DNA of 64,000 nt from Candidatus Sulfomarinibacteraceae bacterium. Lineage in GTDB: Bacteria; Acidobacteriota; Thermoanaerobaculia; Thermoanaerobaculales; Sulfomarinibacteraceae. The notes beneath the pieces were generated by a model. The model had not been told where the DNA came from, ran no database searches, and was given only the letters and a program-made list of their open reading frames with translations. Where the stretch lies: assembly GCA_963714895.1 (NCBI GenBank), contig CAVQQC010000022.1:94746-158745 (forward strand). The letters run 5' to 3'. Positions 40,088 through 47,214 of this stretch are shown in pieces (within the stretch, counting starts at the first letter, position 1; each line of letters opens with the position of its first letter). The translations under genes and the position numbers were made by a program.

Positions 40088-40338
40088 AACGAGAGTATGA
40101 CTTCAAGAACGGAAAGCGTGGGGCGGTTGTCCGGCCGGCGGCCGGGAAGACACGAATCACTATCCGAATTGATGACGATGTCTTGGCGTGGTTCAAGGAC
40201 GAGGTGCGTGAAGCGGGCGGTGGGAATTACCAATCCCTTATCAACGCTGCTCTGCGGGAACATATCGATTATCAGGAGGAACCCCTGGAAGACACCCTTC
40301 GCAAGGTAATTCGCGAAGAGCTCAGGAATGCCAGCTAA
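40084..40338 (+). CDS. brnA: BrnA antitoxin
   Basis: EYDFKNGKRGAVV...RITIRIDDDVLAWFKDEVREAGGGNYQSLINAALREHI. ATGA overlap with brnT. The stop is the TAA in the attC R''. Confidence 0.8.
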   Translation: MKREYDFKNGKRGAVVRPAAGKTRITIRIDDDVLAWFKDEVREAGGGNYQSLINAALREHIDYQEEPLEDTLRKVIREELRNAS

Positions 40339-40401
40339 CACCTCATTCCAGCGGACCCCCACCCGCGGCGGGTGGTGTCCGCTGAACTCGGACCGTTGGC
40401 G
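40333..40401 (+). other. attC site (family 1; R'' AGCTAAC, R' GTTGGCG)
   Basis: AGCTAAC acctcattccagcggacc...ggaccG|TTggcg. Confidence 0.8.
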
Positions 40402-40554
40402 CGGCGCTACGCGCCGCCCCAACAGACGGGAGTTAAATGTACGCCCGGTGTCCGGCGCGGCGCCGGCCACCCGTGCGTTCAAGCTGACGGACGCAGGCTA
40501 CAGTCGCACGCGGCGTGCGCCTGATATCCTGCGCCGCAGCTTAACTCCCGCCTG
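40396..40554 (+). mobile_element. 159-nt ORF-less structured element / micro-cassette, copy 2
   Basis: Near-identical to 39597-39755. Ends ...ctcccgcctG followed by TCAGGC. Confidence 0.7.
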
Positions 40555-40588
40555 TCAGGCCTTTCACGGTGTCGAGTACAATCCTCAT

Positions 40589-40822
40589 GTGTACTTCGAA
40601 ATAGTTGGTGAAATCAGTGACGTCGAGACGATTGCTGCGGGGAACGCGATCCGGGAACTCGATCGCCTCCACAAACTGTATGGCAAGGCAAAGTGGCGAA
40701 AGGTAAAGGGTGTGTGCGAGATTCGGCTCTTGAGTGGTCTCGTGGTCAAGGCGGAGTTACATTGGTATGAGGCGCATGGGATTGGCAGGCGGGAATTCAA
40801 GGTCAAGCGCCTGATGGATTGA
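40589..40822 (+). CDS. Hypothetical small protein (first gene of an uncharacterised two-gene cassette)
   Basis: YGKAKWRKVKGVCEIRLLSGLVVKAELHWYEAHGIGRREFKVKRL. Start is uncertain (GTG 40589). Confidence 0.5.
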   Translation: MYFEIVGEISDVETIAAGNAIRELDRLHKLYGKAKWRKVKGVCEIRLLSGLVVKAELHWYEAHGIGRREFKVKRLMD

Positions 40823-40825
40823 AAA

Positions 40826-41059
40826 ATGATGATTGAGCAAGATATTTCATTCGTGTTGTGCGTTGAAAACGAGGGTTTCGAAGTCTCCCTCGAGAAGCGT
40901 AAGGTCTATCTTCGGTTGGCCGGTGAACCGGATGGCGATGATCGATTGATCCGCGTCATCGATGAGTCAGGCGAGGACTATCTTTTCCCTTCGGAGTTTT
41001 TTGTTCCGATCATCCTCCCTAAAGCTGCAACGGCCGTATTCGAAGAAGCTTCAGCCTAA
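40826..41059 (+). CDS. Hypothetical small acidic protein (second gene of the two-gene cassette)
   Basis: VENEGFEVSLEKRKVYLRL...LIRVIDESGEDYLFPSEFFVPIILP. 3-nt gap from the upstream ORF. The stop is the TAA in the attC R''. Confidence 0.55.
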   Translation: MMIEQDISFVLCVENEGFEVSLEKRKVYLRLAGEPDGDDRLIRVIDESGEDYLFPSEFFVPIILPKAATAVFEEASA

Positions 41060-41122
41060 CACCTCATTCCAGCGGACCCCCACCCGCGGCGAGTGTGGTC
41101 CGCTGAACTCGGACCGTTAGGG
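41054..41122 (+). other. attC site (family 1)
   Basis: GCCTAAC...GTTAGGG. Confidence 0.85.
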
Positions 41123-41132
41123 ACGACCTGGC

Positions 41133-41161
41133 TTGACAGTTGATTCGCCAGAATGTATCTT
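41133..41161 (+). promoter_or_regulatory. Putative cassette-borne promoter (mazEF)
   Basis: TTGACA, 17 nt, TATCTT. Confidence 0.45.
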
Positions 41162-41182
41162 CTTTGTAGATACGGAGGCGTT

Positions 41183-41425
41183 ATGAAAACTCAGGTCCAA
41201 AAATGGGGAAACAGCCTGGCTCTCAGGATTCCGAAAGCCTTTGCGGCTGACCTGGGATTGGCACACGACACCCCGGTTGAGCTTTCTCTTGAAGACGGCA
41301 ATCTTGTAATCCGCCCGTCGTCGATTCAGCGTTATGAACTCAGCAGCCTATTGACGCGAGTCACGGAAGCAAACGTGCATGGTGAGCAGGACAACGGCGA
41401 CGCTGTCGGATCCGAAGAGTGGTAG
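41183..41425 (+). CDS. mazE: MazE/AbrB-type antitoxin (SpoVT-AbrB domain)
   Basis: MKTQVQKWGNSLALRIPKAFAADLGL...LVIRP. Confidence 0.8.
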   Translation: MKTQVQKWGNSLALRIPKAFAADLGLAHDTPVELSLEDGNLVIRPSSIQRYELSSLLTRVTEANVHGEQDNGDAVGSEEW

Positions 41426-41760
41426 CTGGAAAAGAGGCCCCGCAACGTGGTGACGTGGTCTGGGTTTCGCTGAACCCGCAGGCCGGCCACGAACAGGAAG
41501 GTCGAAGGCCTGCGCTGGTTCTGTCGCCGGTTGAGTACAACGAACGGGTCGGTTTGGCGCTGATGTGTCCGGTGACGAGCAAAGTCAAAGGCTATCCGTT
41601 CGAGGTACCTCTTCCAGAAGACCTCGATATTGGAGGCGTGGTACTGGCCGATCAGGTCAAGAGTCTCGATTGGAGAGTTCGCAGAGCTGAGCATGCTTGC
41701 ACCGTGCCTCAGTCCGTCATGAATGAAGTGCTCGGAAAACTCAATGCGCTCCTCACGTGA
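41419..41760 (+). CDS. mazF: MazF/PemK family endoribonuclease toxin
   Basis: PQRGDVVWVSLNPQAGHEQEGRRPALVLSP...CPVTSKVKGYPFEV...VLADQVKSLDW. Confidence 0.85.
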   Translation: MVAGKEAPQRGDVVWVSLNPQAGHEQEGRRPALVLSPVEYNERVGLALMCPVTSKVKGYPFEVPLPEDLDIGGVVLADQVKSLDWRVRRAEHACTVPQSVMNEVLGKLNALLT

Positions 41761-41785
41761 TGAAGGACCGCTTGATGACTGTGAG

Positions 41786-41854
41786 CCCTAACACCTCATT
41801 CCATCGGACCCCCACCCGCGGCGGGTGTGGTCCGCTGAACTCGGACCGTTAGGT
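41786..41854 (+). other. attC site (family 1)
   Basis: (G)CCCTAAC...GTTAGGT. Confidence 0.85.
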
Positions 41855-41879
41855 TTACAATGGGTTTGGAGACACAGCC

Positions 41880-42077
41880 ATGAAGTACAAAGTAGCCCTT
41901 CACGAAGACGAAGAAGGCTTCGCCGTTTCTGTACCCGGACTTCCAGGATGTTGGTCTCAAGGTGGCACCGAAAGGGAAGCTCTCGAAAATATCGAAGCAG
42001 CGATTCGTGAGTACCTTGAGGTCGTTGACGATCTCATCGGTGACTCAATGGTTCGCGAGATCGAAATCGCGGTCTGA
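41880..42077 (+). CDS. hicB: HicB antitoxin (short form)
   Basis: YKVALHEDEEGFAVSVPGLPGCWSQGGTEREALENIEAAIREYLE. Confidence 0.8.
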   Translation: MKYKVALHEDEEGFAVSVPGLPGCWSQGGTEREALENIEAAIREYLEVVDDLIGDSMVREIEIAV

Positions 42078-42079
42078 AG

Positions 42080-42292
42080 TTGCCTCGAATACCTGGCGTC
42101 AACCACCTTGCGGCCGTCAGGGCACTCGAAAAGGCCGGATTTCGCATCGCCCGCCAGAGCAAACATATCGTTATGACCGACGGCACGCGAATTGTCACGA
42201 TTCCGCGGCACAATCCTGTCAACGCATTCACGCTGGGTGGAATCGTCCGAGACGCCGGCCTCACCGTTGAGGAGTTCAGGGCGTTGCTGTGA
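42080..42292 (+). CDS. hicA: HicA toxin
   Basis: AVRALEKAGFRIARQSKHIVMTDGTRIVTIPRHNPVNAFTLGGIVRDAGLTVEEF. Confidence 0.8.
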   Translation: MPRIPGVNHLAAVRALEKAGFRIARQSKHIVMTDGTRIVTIPRHNPVNAFTLGGIVRDAGLTVEEFRALL

Positions 42293-42299
42293 TCCATCC

Positions 42300-42374
42300 A
42301 CCTAACTCCTCATTCCAGCGGACCCCCACCCCCACCCGCGGCGGGTGTGGTCCGCTGAACTCGGACCGTTGGCG
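42300..42374 (+). other. attC site (family 1 variant, 75 bp; R' GTTGGCG)
   Basis: ACCTAAC tcctcattccagcggacccccacccccacccgcgg...ggaccG|TTggcg. Confidence 0.8.
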
Positions 42375-42527
42375 CGGCGCTTCGCGCCGCCCCAACAGAC
42401 GGGAGTTTAATGTGCGCCCGGTGTCCGGCGCGGCGCCGGCCAACCGTGCGTTCAAGCTGACGGACGCAGGCTACAGTCGCACGCGGCGTGCGCCTGATAT
42501 CCTGCGCCGCAGCTTAACTCCCGTCTG
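42369..42527 (+). mobile_element. 159-nt ORF-less structured element / micro-cassette, copy 3
   Basis: Near-identical to copies 1 and 2. Here the closing stem is perfect (aacagacgggagtt/aactcccgtctgtt). Followed by TTAGGG. Confidence 0.7.
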
Positions 42528-42552
42528 TTAGGGTATGAAAGAAACGTAACGC

Positions 42553-42581
42553 TTGACGTTATTAACGCGACGCATTATTAT
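42553..42581 (+). promoter_or_regulatory. Putative cassette-borne promoter (higBA-2)
   Basis: TTGACG, 17 nt, TATTAT. Confidence 0.5.
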
Positions 42582-42587
42582 AGTACT

Positions 42588-42869
42588 GTGATTCGGAGCT
42601 TCAAAGACCCAGAGGCCGAACGGATTTTCAAGCGTGAACGTTCTAGAAAGCTCCCGCAGAACATCTACCGCTCGGCTTTGAAGAAGCTTCTCGTGCTTGA
42701 CGCCGCCGATGCTTTGGCCGATCTGAGAGTTCCGCCCGGGAATCGCCTTGAAAAGCTGTCCGGGGATCGAAAGGGTCAACACAGCATCCGGATCAACGAT
42801 CAGTGGAGGATCTGCTTCCGCTGGAGAAACGGCGATGCCCTCGATGTGGAAATCGCCGACTATCACTAA
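42588..42869 (+). CDS. higB: HigB-type toxin (second copy, divergent)
   Basis: LRVPPGNRLEKLSGDRKGQHSIRINDQWRICFRW...VEIADYH. Confidence 0.8.
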   Translation: MIRSFKDPEAERIFKRERSRKLPQNIYRSALKKLLVLDAADALADLRVPPGNRLEKLSGDRKGQHSIRINDQWRICFRWRNGDALDVEIADYH

Positions 42870-42876
42870 GGACGGA

Positions 42877-43185
42877 ATGATGGCGAAGAAACTGGTGGAC
42901 CCAATTCACCCTGGCGAGATCTTGATGGAGGAGTTCCTTGAGCCTCTGGGTGTCAGTCAGTATCGGCTGTCCAAGGACATCAGTGTGCCTCCACGTCGCA
43001 TCAACGAGATTGTCCATGGCAAGCGCTCGATTACAGCGGACACGGCGCTTCGGCTTGCACGTTTCTTTGGAACGACTGAGCGGTTCTGGCTCAATCTCCA
43101 GGTTCGTTATGACCTCGAAGTCGAAAAGGACCGTCTTGAAGACGTGCTCGATCGCGATGTAACAGTGTTCCAGGCCGTTGGGTAA
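42877..43185 (+). CDS. higA: HigA antitoxin (second copy)
   Basis: IHPGEILMEEFLEPLGVSQYRLSKDISVPPRRINEIVHGKRSITADTALRLARFFGTTERFWLNLQ. Confidence 0.85.
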   Translation: MMAKKLVDPIHPGEILMEEFLEPLGVSQYRLSKDISVPPRRINEIVHGKRSITADTALRLARFFGTTERFWLNLQVRYDLEVEKDRLEDVLDRDVTVFQAVG

Positions 43186-43194
43186 AGTAATGAG

Positions 43195-43269
43195 CCCTAA
43201 CACCTCATTCCAGCGGACCCCCACCCCCACCCGCGGCGGGTGTGGTCCGCTGAACTCGGACCGTTAGGC
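43195..43269 (+). other. attC site (family 1 variant, 75 bp)
   Basis: (G)CCCTAAC...cccacccccacccgcgg...GTTAGGC. Confidence 0.85.
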
Positions 43270-43282
43270 CAGAGACGAAAAC

Positions 43283-44032
43283 GTGGATGACACCTTCCAC
43301 CTCTACACAGACCTAGCGTGGCTGTGGCCAATGTGGGGCGATGCCACCACTGAATACGCGCACTATTGCCGGCACGTTACAGGCCTGATTCGACAGCACG
43401 CCAAGCGCCCGGTAGGCACCTTGCTGGACATTGGGTGCGGGGGCGGAAAAAACGTCTTGAATCTGAAGCGGGAGTTCAACGTCACCGGTGTTGATCTGAG
43501 TTCCGCCATGCTCGCACAGGCGAAAGAATTGAATCCAGAGTGCACGTTCATCCAAGGGGATATGCGAACGTTCAGGCTCGACAGTACCTTCGACGCCGTA
43601 ATGATGGATGATGCAATATCGTACATGAGTTGCCTCGCCGACTTCGTGGCGGCGTTTCGGACGGCGTATGCTCACCTGAACCCTGGCGGCGTTCTGGTCG
43701 CGACTCCGGATGCGACGACCGAGACTTTCCAGCAAAACAAGACGATCGTTACCCCCGCGACGCCCAAGGCCACACCGGCCGGCGTCGAGGTCGTGTTCGT
43801 TGAGAACACGTATGATCCCGACCCCACGGATGAGCAGTACGAAACGACGGTTTTGTATCTCATTCGTGTCCATGGGCGCCTCCGGATTGAGACCGACCAC
43901 TGGACCATGGGGATATTCAGTCTGGACACATGGAGGCGTGTTCTGCGCGAGGCCGGTTTCGAGGTGCATGAGGGACAGTACAGCACGGGCGAGGATGACT
44001 ACATGGTTTTCACCTGCGTTAAGGCAGGATGA
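43283..44032 (+). CDS. Class I SAM-dependent methyltransferase
   Basis: LLDIGCGGGKNV motif I, DAVMMDDAISYM, LNPGGVLV. Confidence 0.8.
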   Translation: MDDTFHLYTDLAWLWPMWGDATTEYAHYCRHVTGLIRQHAKRPVGTLLDIGCGGGKNVLNLKREFNVTGVDLSSAMLAQAKELNPECTFIQGDMRTFRLDSTFDAVMMDDAISYMSCLADFVAAFRTAYAHLNPGGVLVATPDATTETFQQNKTIVTPATPKATPAGVEVVFVENTYDPDPTDEQYETTVLYLIRVHGRLRIETDHWTMGIFSLDTWRRVLREAGFEVHEGQYSTGEDDYMVFTCVKAG

Positions 44033-44037
44033 AGGCC

Positions 44038-44090
44038 GCACAACGCGTTGCAGGCGACGCTTGACAGCGCGCCTGAACGCCACGTTAGGC
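44038..44090 (+). other. attC site of a different, shorter type (53 bp)
   Basis: GCACAAC-GCGTTGCAGGCG-acgcttgacagcg-CGCCTGAACGC-cac-GTTAGGC. The stem has one unpaired base, as attC sites typically do. Confidence 0.65.
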
Positions 44091-44123
44091 GACAACGATC
44101 GTTTCTCGGTACATAATTGACCC

Positions 44124-44364
44124 GTGAGTCCTACCGTCTTTCGAAGCGGCCCGTACCGGTTTTATTTCTTTTCCAGGGAAGAGCCGCGATTGCACATCCA
44201 TGTCGATTCAGCCAAACGGGGAGGCCAAGTACTGGATCGAACCGGCTGTAGAATTGGCTCGAAGTCACGGTCTTTCAGAACCCGAGTTGGTTCGGGTACG
44301 TAAACTAGTAGAGGAGCACGAGGATGTCATCCGTACAGCATGGGACAAGCAATTCGGTGGCTGA
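44124..44364 (+). CDS. DUF4160 family protein (one frameshift as assembled)
   Basis: VSPTVFRSGPYRFYFFSREEPRLHIHVDSA..., then in the next frame AKYWIEPAVELARSHGLSEPELVRVRKLVEEHEDVIRTAWDKQFGG. The join is at the GGGG run at about 44218-44221. Confidence 0.6.
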
Positions 44365-44590
44365 GGTCACCAACATCTCCAGGCACGGCGTCTGGCTGCT
44401 GGTGGACGACCGCGAGCTCTTCATGCCCTTCGATGAGTTTCCCTGGTTCAAAAACGCGCCGGTCAATTCCGTCCTCAAGCTCGAGCGCCCCGGTCACAAT
44501 CACCTTTATTGGCCTGCTCTCGATGTCGACCTCACGGTTGAATCAATCGAGCATCCTGAGAGATACCCGCTCAAAGCCAAGCATGCCTAA
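44324..44590 (+). CDS. DUF2442 family protein
   Basis: VAEVTNISRHGVWLLVDDRELFMPFDEFPWFKNA. Usual partner of DUF4160. The stop is the TAA in the attC R''. Confidence 0.7.
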   Translation: MSSVQHGTSNSVAEVTNISRHGVWLLVDDRELFMPFDEFPWFKNAPVNSVLKLERPGHNHLYWPALDVDLTVESIEHPERYPLKAKHA

Positions 44591-44653
44591 CACCTCGTTC
44601 CAGCGGACCCCCACCCGCGGCGGGTGCGGTCCGCTGAAATCGAACCGTTAGGA
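44585..44653 (+). other. attC site (family 1)
   Basis: GCCTAAC acctcgttccagcggacc...GTTAGGA. Confidence 0.85.
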
Positions 44654-44660
44654 GTCGCAG

Positions 44661-45083
44661 ATGGCTGATTCGATTCTCCACGGTGGTTGTTTCTGCAATT
44701 CCGTGCGTTACAAACTCAACGGGTCATTGCAGAACGCCAGGGCCTGCCATTGCTCCCGCTGCCGCAAGGCCTTCAGCGGCGCATCTTCGGCCTATGCGGA
44801 AATCCCACCATCCGGTTCACTCGAATGGCTGACGGGCGAGGACCTTCTTTCGATCCACGATACGGGAGGCGGGTGGGGAATGGCGTTCTGCTCGAAATGC
44901 GGCTCCACCCTGTGTGGGATGCATGGCGGAAAAGTCCATGGCCTGGCATTGGGGTGCATCGACGGTGACCCGGGTGTCGAGATCGAGATGCACATCTTCG
45001 TGGGTTCGAAGGCGCCGTGGGACCATATTGGCGGTAACGCAAGACAGTATGCCGAACACGCTCAATCTGACGATGACGACTGA
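44661..45083 (+). CDS. GFA family protein (glutathione-dependent formaldehyde-activating/CENP-V-like)
   Basis: GGCFCNSVRYKL...CHCSRCRK...FCSKCGSTL zinc-binding cysteines. Confidence 0.8.
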   Translation: MADSILHGGCFCNSVRYKLNGSLQNARACHCSRCRKAFSGASSAYAEIPPSGSLEWLTGEDLLSIHDTGGGWGMAFCSKCGSTLCGMHGGKVHGLALGCIDGDPGVEIEMHIFVGSKAPWDHIGGNARQYAEHAQSDDDD

Positions 45084-45092
45084 CGTGGGGGC

Positions 45093-45135
45093 GTCGAACA
45101 CCTCAAGTCAGCGAGAGCCGGACCGCCGGTTCGCC
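45093..45135 (+). other. Possible degenerate, short attC remnant
   Basis: GTCGAAC acctcaagtcagcgagagccggaccgccg GTTCGCC. It shares 'aacacctca' and 'cggaccg' with family 1 but is only 43 bp. Confidence 0.3.
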
Positions 45136-45173
45136 GATAATCCTTCGAAGCCCCGGAATAGGAGAAACGTCAG

Positions 45174-45584
45174 GTGACGAACTCGAAGATATGGCTGCGG
45201 ATCAGCTTCCGGGTGGGGGCGATCGCAGATGGCATCGTCGCTCTTGCCATGTTCGCAGAGGCGATACTCTCGCGGCCCAGTCCCTTGACTCATTACGTGC
45301 CGGACACCCCTTATCGATACGCCATCGGTCTTGCGGGCTCCCTGATGCTGGGCTGGACCGTTCTCCTGTTGTGGGCCGATCGGAGGCCCGAAGAGAGGCG
45401 CGGTATCTTGCTGTTGACCATCGCTGTTGTGTTGGGTCTCATGGGGAGCGGCTTGTTTGCACTGTCGACCGGCTTCATGCCCATGGCGACCGGGGTCCCA
45501 ATTCTGTTCTTTCAGGGACTGCTCATTGTGCTCTTCAGTTCGAGCTATGTTGCATCCAGACGGCAACGACCAGATACTCGGTAG
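45174..45584 (+). CDS. Hypothetical integral membrane protein
   Basis: 136 aa, about 4 TM helices, GTG start. Confidence 0.5.
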   Translation: MTNSKIWLRISFRVGAIADGIVALAMFAEAILSRPSPLTHYVPDTPYRYAIGLAGSLMLGWTVLLLWADRRPEERRGILLLTIAVVLGLMGSGLFALSTGFMPMATGVPILFFQGLLIVLFSSSYVASRRQRPDTR

Positions 45585-45672
45585 GCAGTCGTTTCGGCGC
45601 GCCCACCGGGCCGTTCAACCCGGATGATCTGCCGTTTGCGGGAATTCCAGGACAAAGGACCGAGCCATTTCA

Positions 45673-45903
45673 ATGAAAATCGAACACCCCGACGACCCAC
45701 TCCACGGCCACACCCTGGAGATGATCGTGGAGAGCCTGGTCGCGCATTACGGCTGGGGCGAGTTGGGCAAACGAATCAAGATCCGGTGTTTCACCAGCGA
45801 CCCTTCAGTGAGGTCCAGCCTGAAGTTCCTCCGCAAGACACCGTGGGCGAGGAAAAAGGTGGAGGACCAATTTGTCGCCATGAACAAGAAGACACGCCGA
45901 TGA
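45673..45903 (+). CDS. DUF2132 (VF530-like) small protein
   Basis: [57 protein letters not shown]. Confidence 0.6.
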   Translation: MKIEHPDDPLHGHTLEMIVESLVAHYGWGELGKRIKIRCFTSDPSVRSSLKFLRKTPWARKKVEDQFVAMNKKTRR

Positions 45904-45916
45904 TTGGACGGTCTCA

Positions 45917-46249
45917 TTGAAAATCTCGATCTTCCAGATCAAGGTCGCCCACACGGTCATCTTCTGGGTTCTGAGCCTCTGTGTCGTGTACGCCCTTTTC
46001 AGCGGGGTTGCCGACCGCATCACGATCTGGACCTGGGTCGCGGTGGGTCTGCTTTTGGTCGAGAGTGTCGTGCTGGCGTTCTTCGGTTGGATCTGCCCGC
46101 TGACGATTCTGGCCGAGCGCCAGGGTGCACCGCGGGGGTCGGTGGCCGACATCTTCCTGCCGAAGTGGTTTGCCGACCGTATCTTCCCGGTCTGCGGCAC
46201 CCTCTATGTGATTGCGTTGGTGATCATCGCGGTTCGTGTATTGCTGTAG
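45917..46249 (+). CDS. Small membrane protein with GWICPLT motif (DUF2784-like)
   Basis: 110 aa, 3-4 TM helices, FFGWICPLTILAERQG. TTG start. Confidence 0.5.
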   Translation: MKISIFQIKVAHTVIFWVLSLCVVYALFSGVADRITIWTWVAVGLLLVESVVLAFFGWICPLTILAERQGAPRGSVADIFLPKWFADRIFPVCGTLYVIALVIIAVRVLL

Positions 46250-46312
46250 CCGGGACCGTTCCGGCTCTGGAAAAAAGCCCATCGAATCGGAAGATCTGCG
46301 AAAGGGTGAGAC

Positions 46313-46732
46313 ATGGCTTTCAGCTTCTTCGATGACAGGGAACACCAACCCGATGACGCCGATCTGGCTGAGGCTCTGGCCCAGACACAGCGGTATTGGG
46401 ATGACTTGAAGTCCACCATGGCCGGGAAATTCCAGCCGCTGTCCGCGGACTGGGGCTTCTCGGGAAAGAAGTGGGGATGGTCCTTTCGGCTCAAACAGAA
46501 GGCGCGGACGATTCTGTACATGACGCCCCGCGCCGGCCATTTCGTGGTCGGGTTCGCTCTCGGGCAAAAGGCGGTGGATGCAGCGCACACGACAGATTTG
46601 CCGCGTTCCGTGTTCGAACAGATCGATGCCGCACCGAAATACGCCGAGGGGCGCGGGGTGCGGCTCGAGGTTCGAACTGAAGAAGATCTGCGATCGGTTG
46701 TGAAGTTGGCAGATGTCAAAATGGCGAACTGA
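46313..46732 (+). CDS. DUF3788 family protein
   Basis: FFDDREHQPDDADLAEALAQTQRYWDDL...WGWSFRLKQKARTILYMTPRAGHFVVGFALG. Confidence 0.6.
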   Translation: MAFSFFDDREHQPDDADLAEALAQTQRYWDDLKSTMAGKFQPLSADWGFSGKKWGWSFRLKQKARTILYMTPRAGHFVVGFALGQKAVDAAHTTDLPRSVFEQIDAAPKYAEGRGVRLEVRTEEDLRSVVKLADVKMAN

Positions 46733-46771
46733 TCTTCGATTTGTGAAGACCGCCTCAACGAGAGGATCAAC

Positions 46772-47119
46772 ATGGGTTCTGACCTGGATTTTGTCGAATT
46801 TGTGACCGAACAGATAGCAGAGGATTGCGGCATCTCGTTCAAGAAAATGTTCGGTGAATATGCTCTCTATTCGAGTGGGAAAGTCGTCGCTCTGATCTGT
46901 GATAATCAGCTTTTCATCAAACCCACTGATGCCGGCAAACAGTACATCGGTGAGTACGTTGAAGCGCCTCCCTACCCCGGCGCGAAGAACTCACTGCTCA
47001 TTCAGGATCGAATCGAGGATTCCGAATGGTTGTCGGAATTGATACGGGTCACGGAGAAGGGACTTCCCATACCGAAAGAGAAGAAAAACGGCAGAAGAAA
47101 TCGTCGAAATAGCGCGTAG
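46772..47119 (+). CDS. TfoX N-terminal domain protein
   Basis: LDFVEFVTEQIAE...SFKKMFGEYALYSSGKVVALICDNQLFIKPT. Confidence 0.7.
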   Translation: MGSDLDFVEFVTEQIAEDCGISFKKMFGEYALYSSGKVVALICDNQLFIKPTDAGKQYIGEYVEAPPYPGAKNSLLIQDRIEDSEWLSELIRVTEKGLPIPKEKKNGRRNRRNSA

Positions 47120-47214
47120 AAATCGTGAAATTACAACGCGGATGCGGTGTCGGAGATAATTGTTATGTGGGTTCAAAAAATTCGAGAAATTCTGGATGAA
47201 AGCAGCCCGAAATT

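Larger units (their letters stand above)
32322..45135 (+). mobile_element. Chromosomal integron: intI plus a co-oriented cassette array (at least 17 cassettes)
   Basis: IntI hallmark domain plus at least 15 conserved attC sites (RYYYAAC...GTTRRRY) each following short + strand ORFs. See the individual features. Confidence 0.85.

Noticed and set aside
39523-40482. ORFs spanning attC plus the 159-nt element (for example PNTSFQRTPTRGGWCPLNSDRWRGATRRPNRRELNVRPVSGAAP...).
   Set aside because: The same 'protein' arises wherever the repeats occur, on both strands. It reflects the recombination-site and element sequence, not a gene.
34969-44653. Regularly recurring 69-bp palindromic repeats that superficially resemble a CRISPR array.
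   Set aside because: The 'spacers' are 130-770 bp, highly variable in length, and contain complete ORFs. The repeats have RYYYAAC/GTTRRRY integron core sites. An IntI gene is adjacent and no cas genes are present.
47120-47214. attacaac ... gttatgt in the TfoX/SRPBCC spacer as an attC.
   Set aside because: The arms are not complementary and the cores deviate from RYYYAAC/GTTRRRY.
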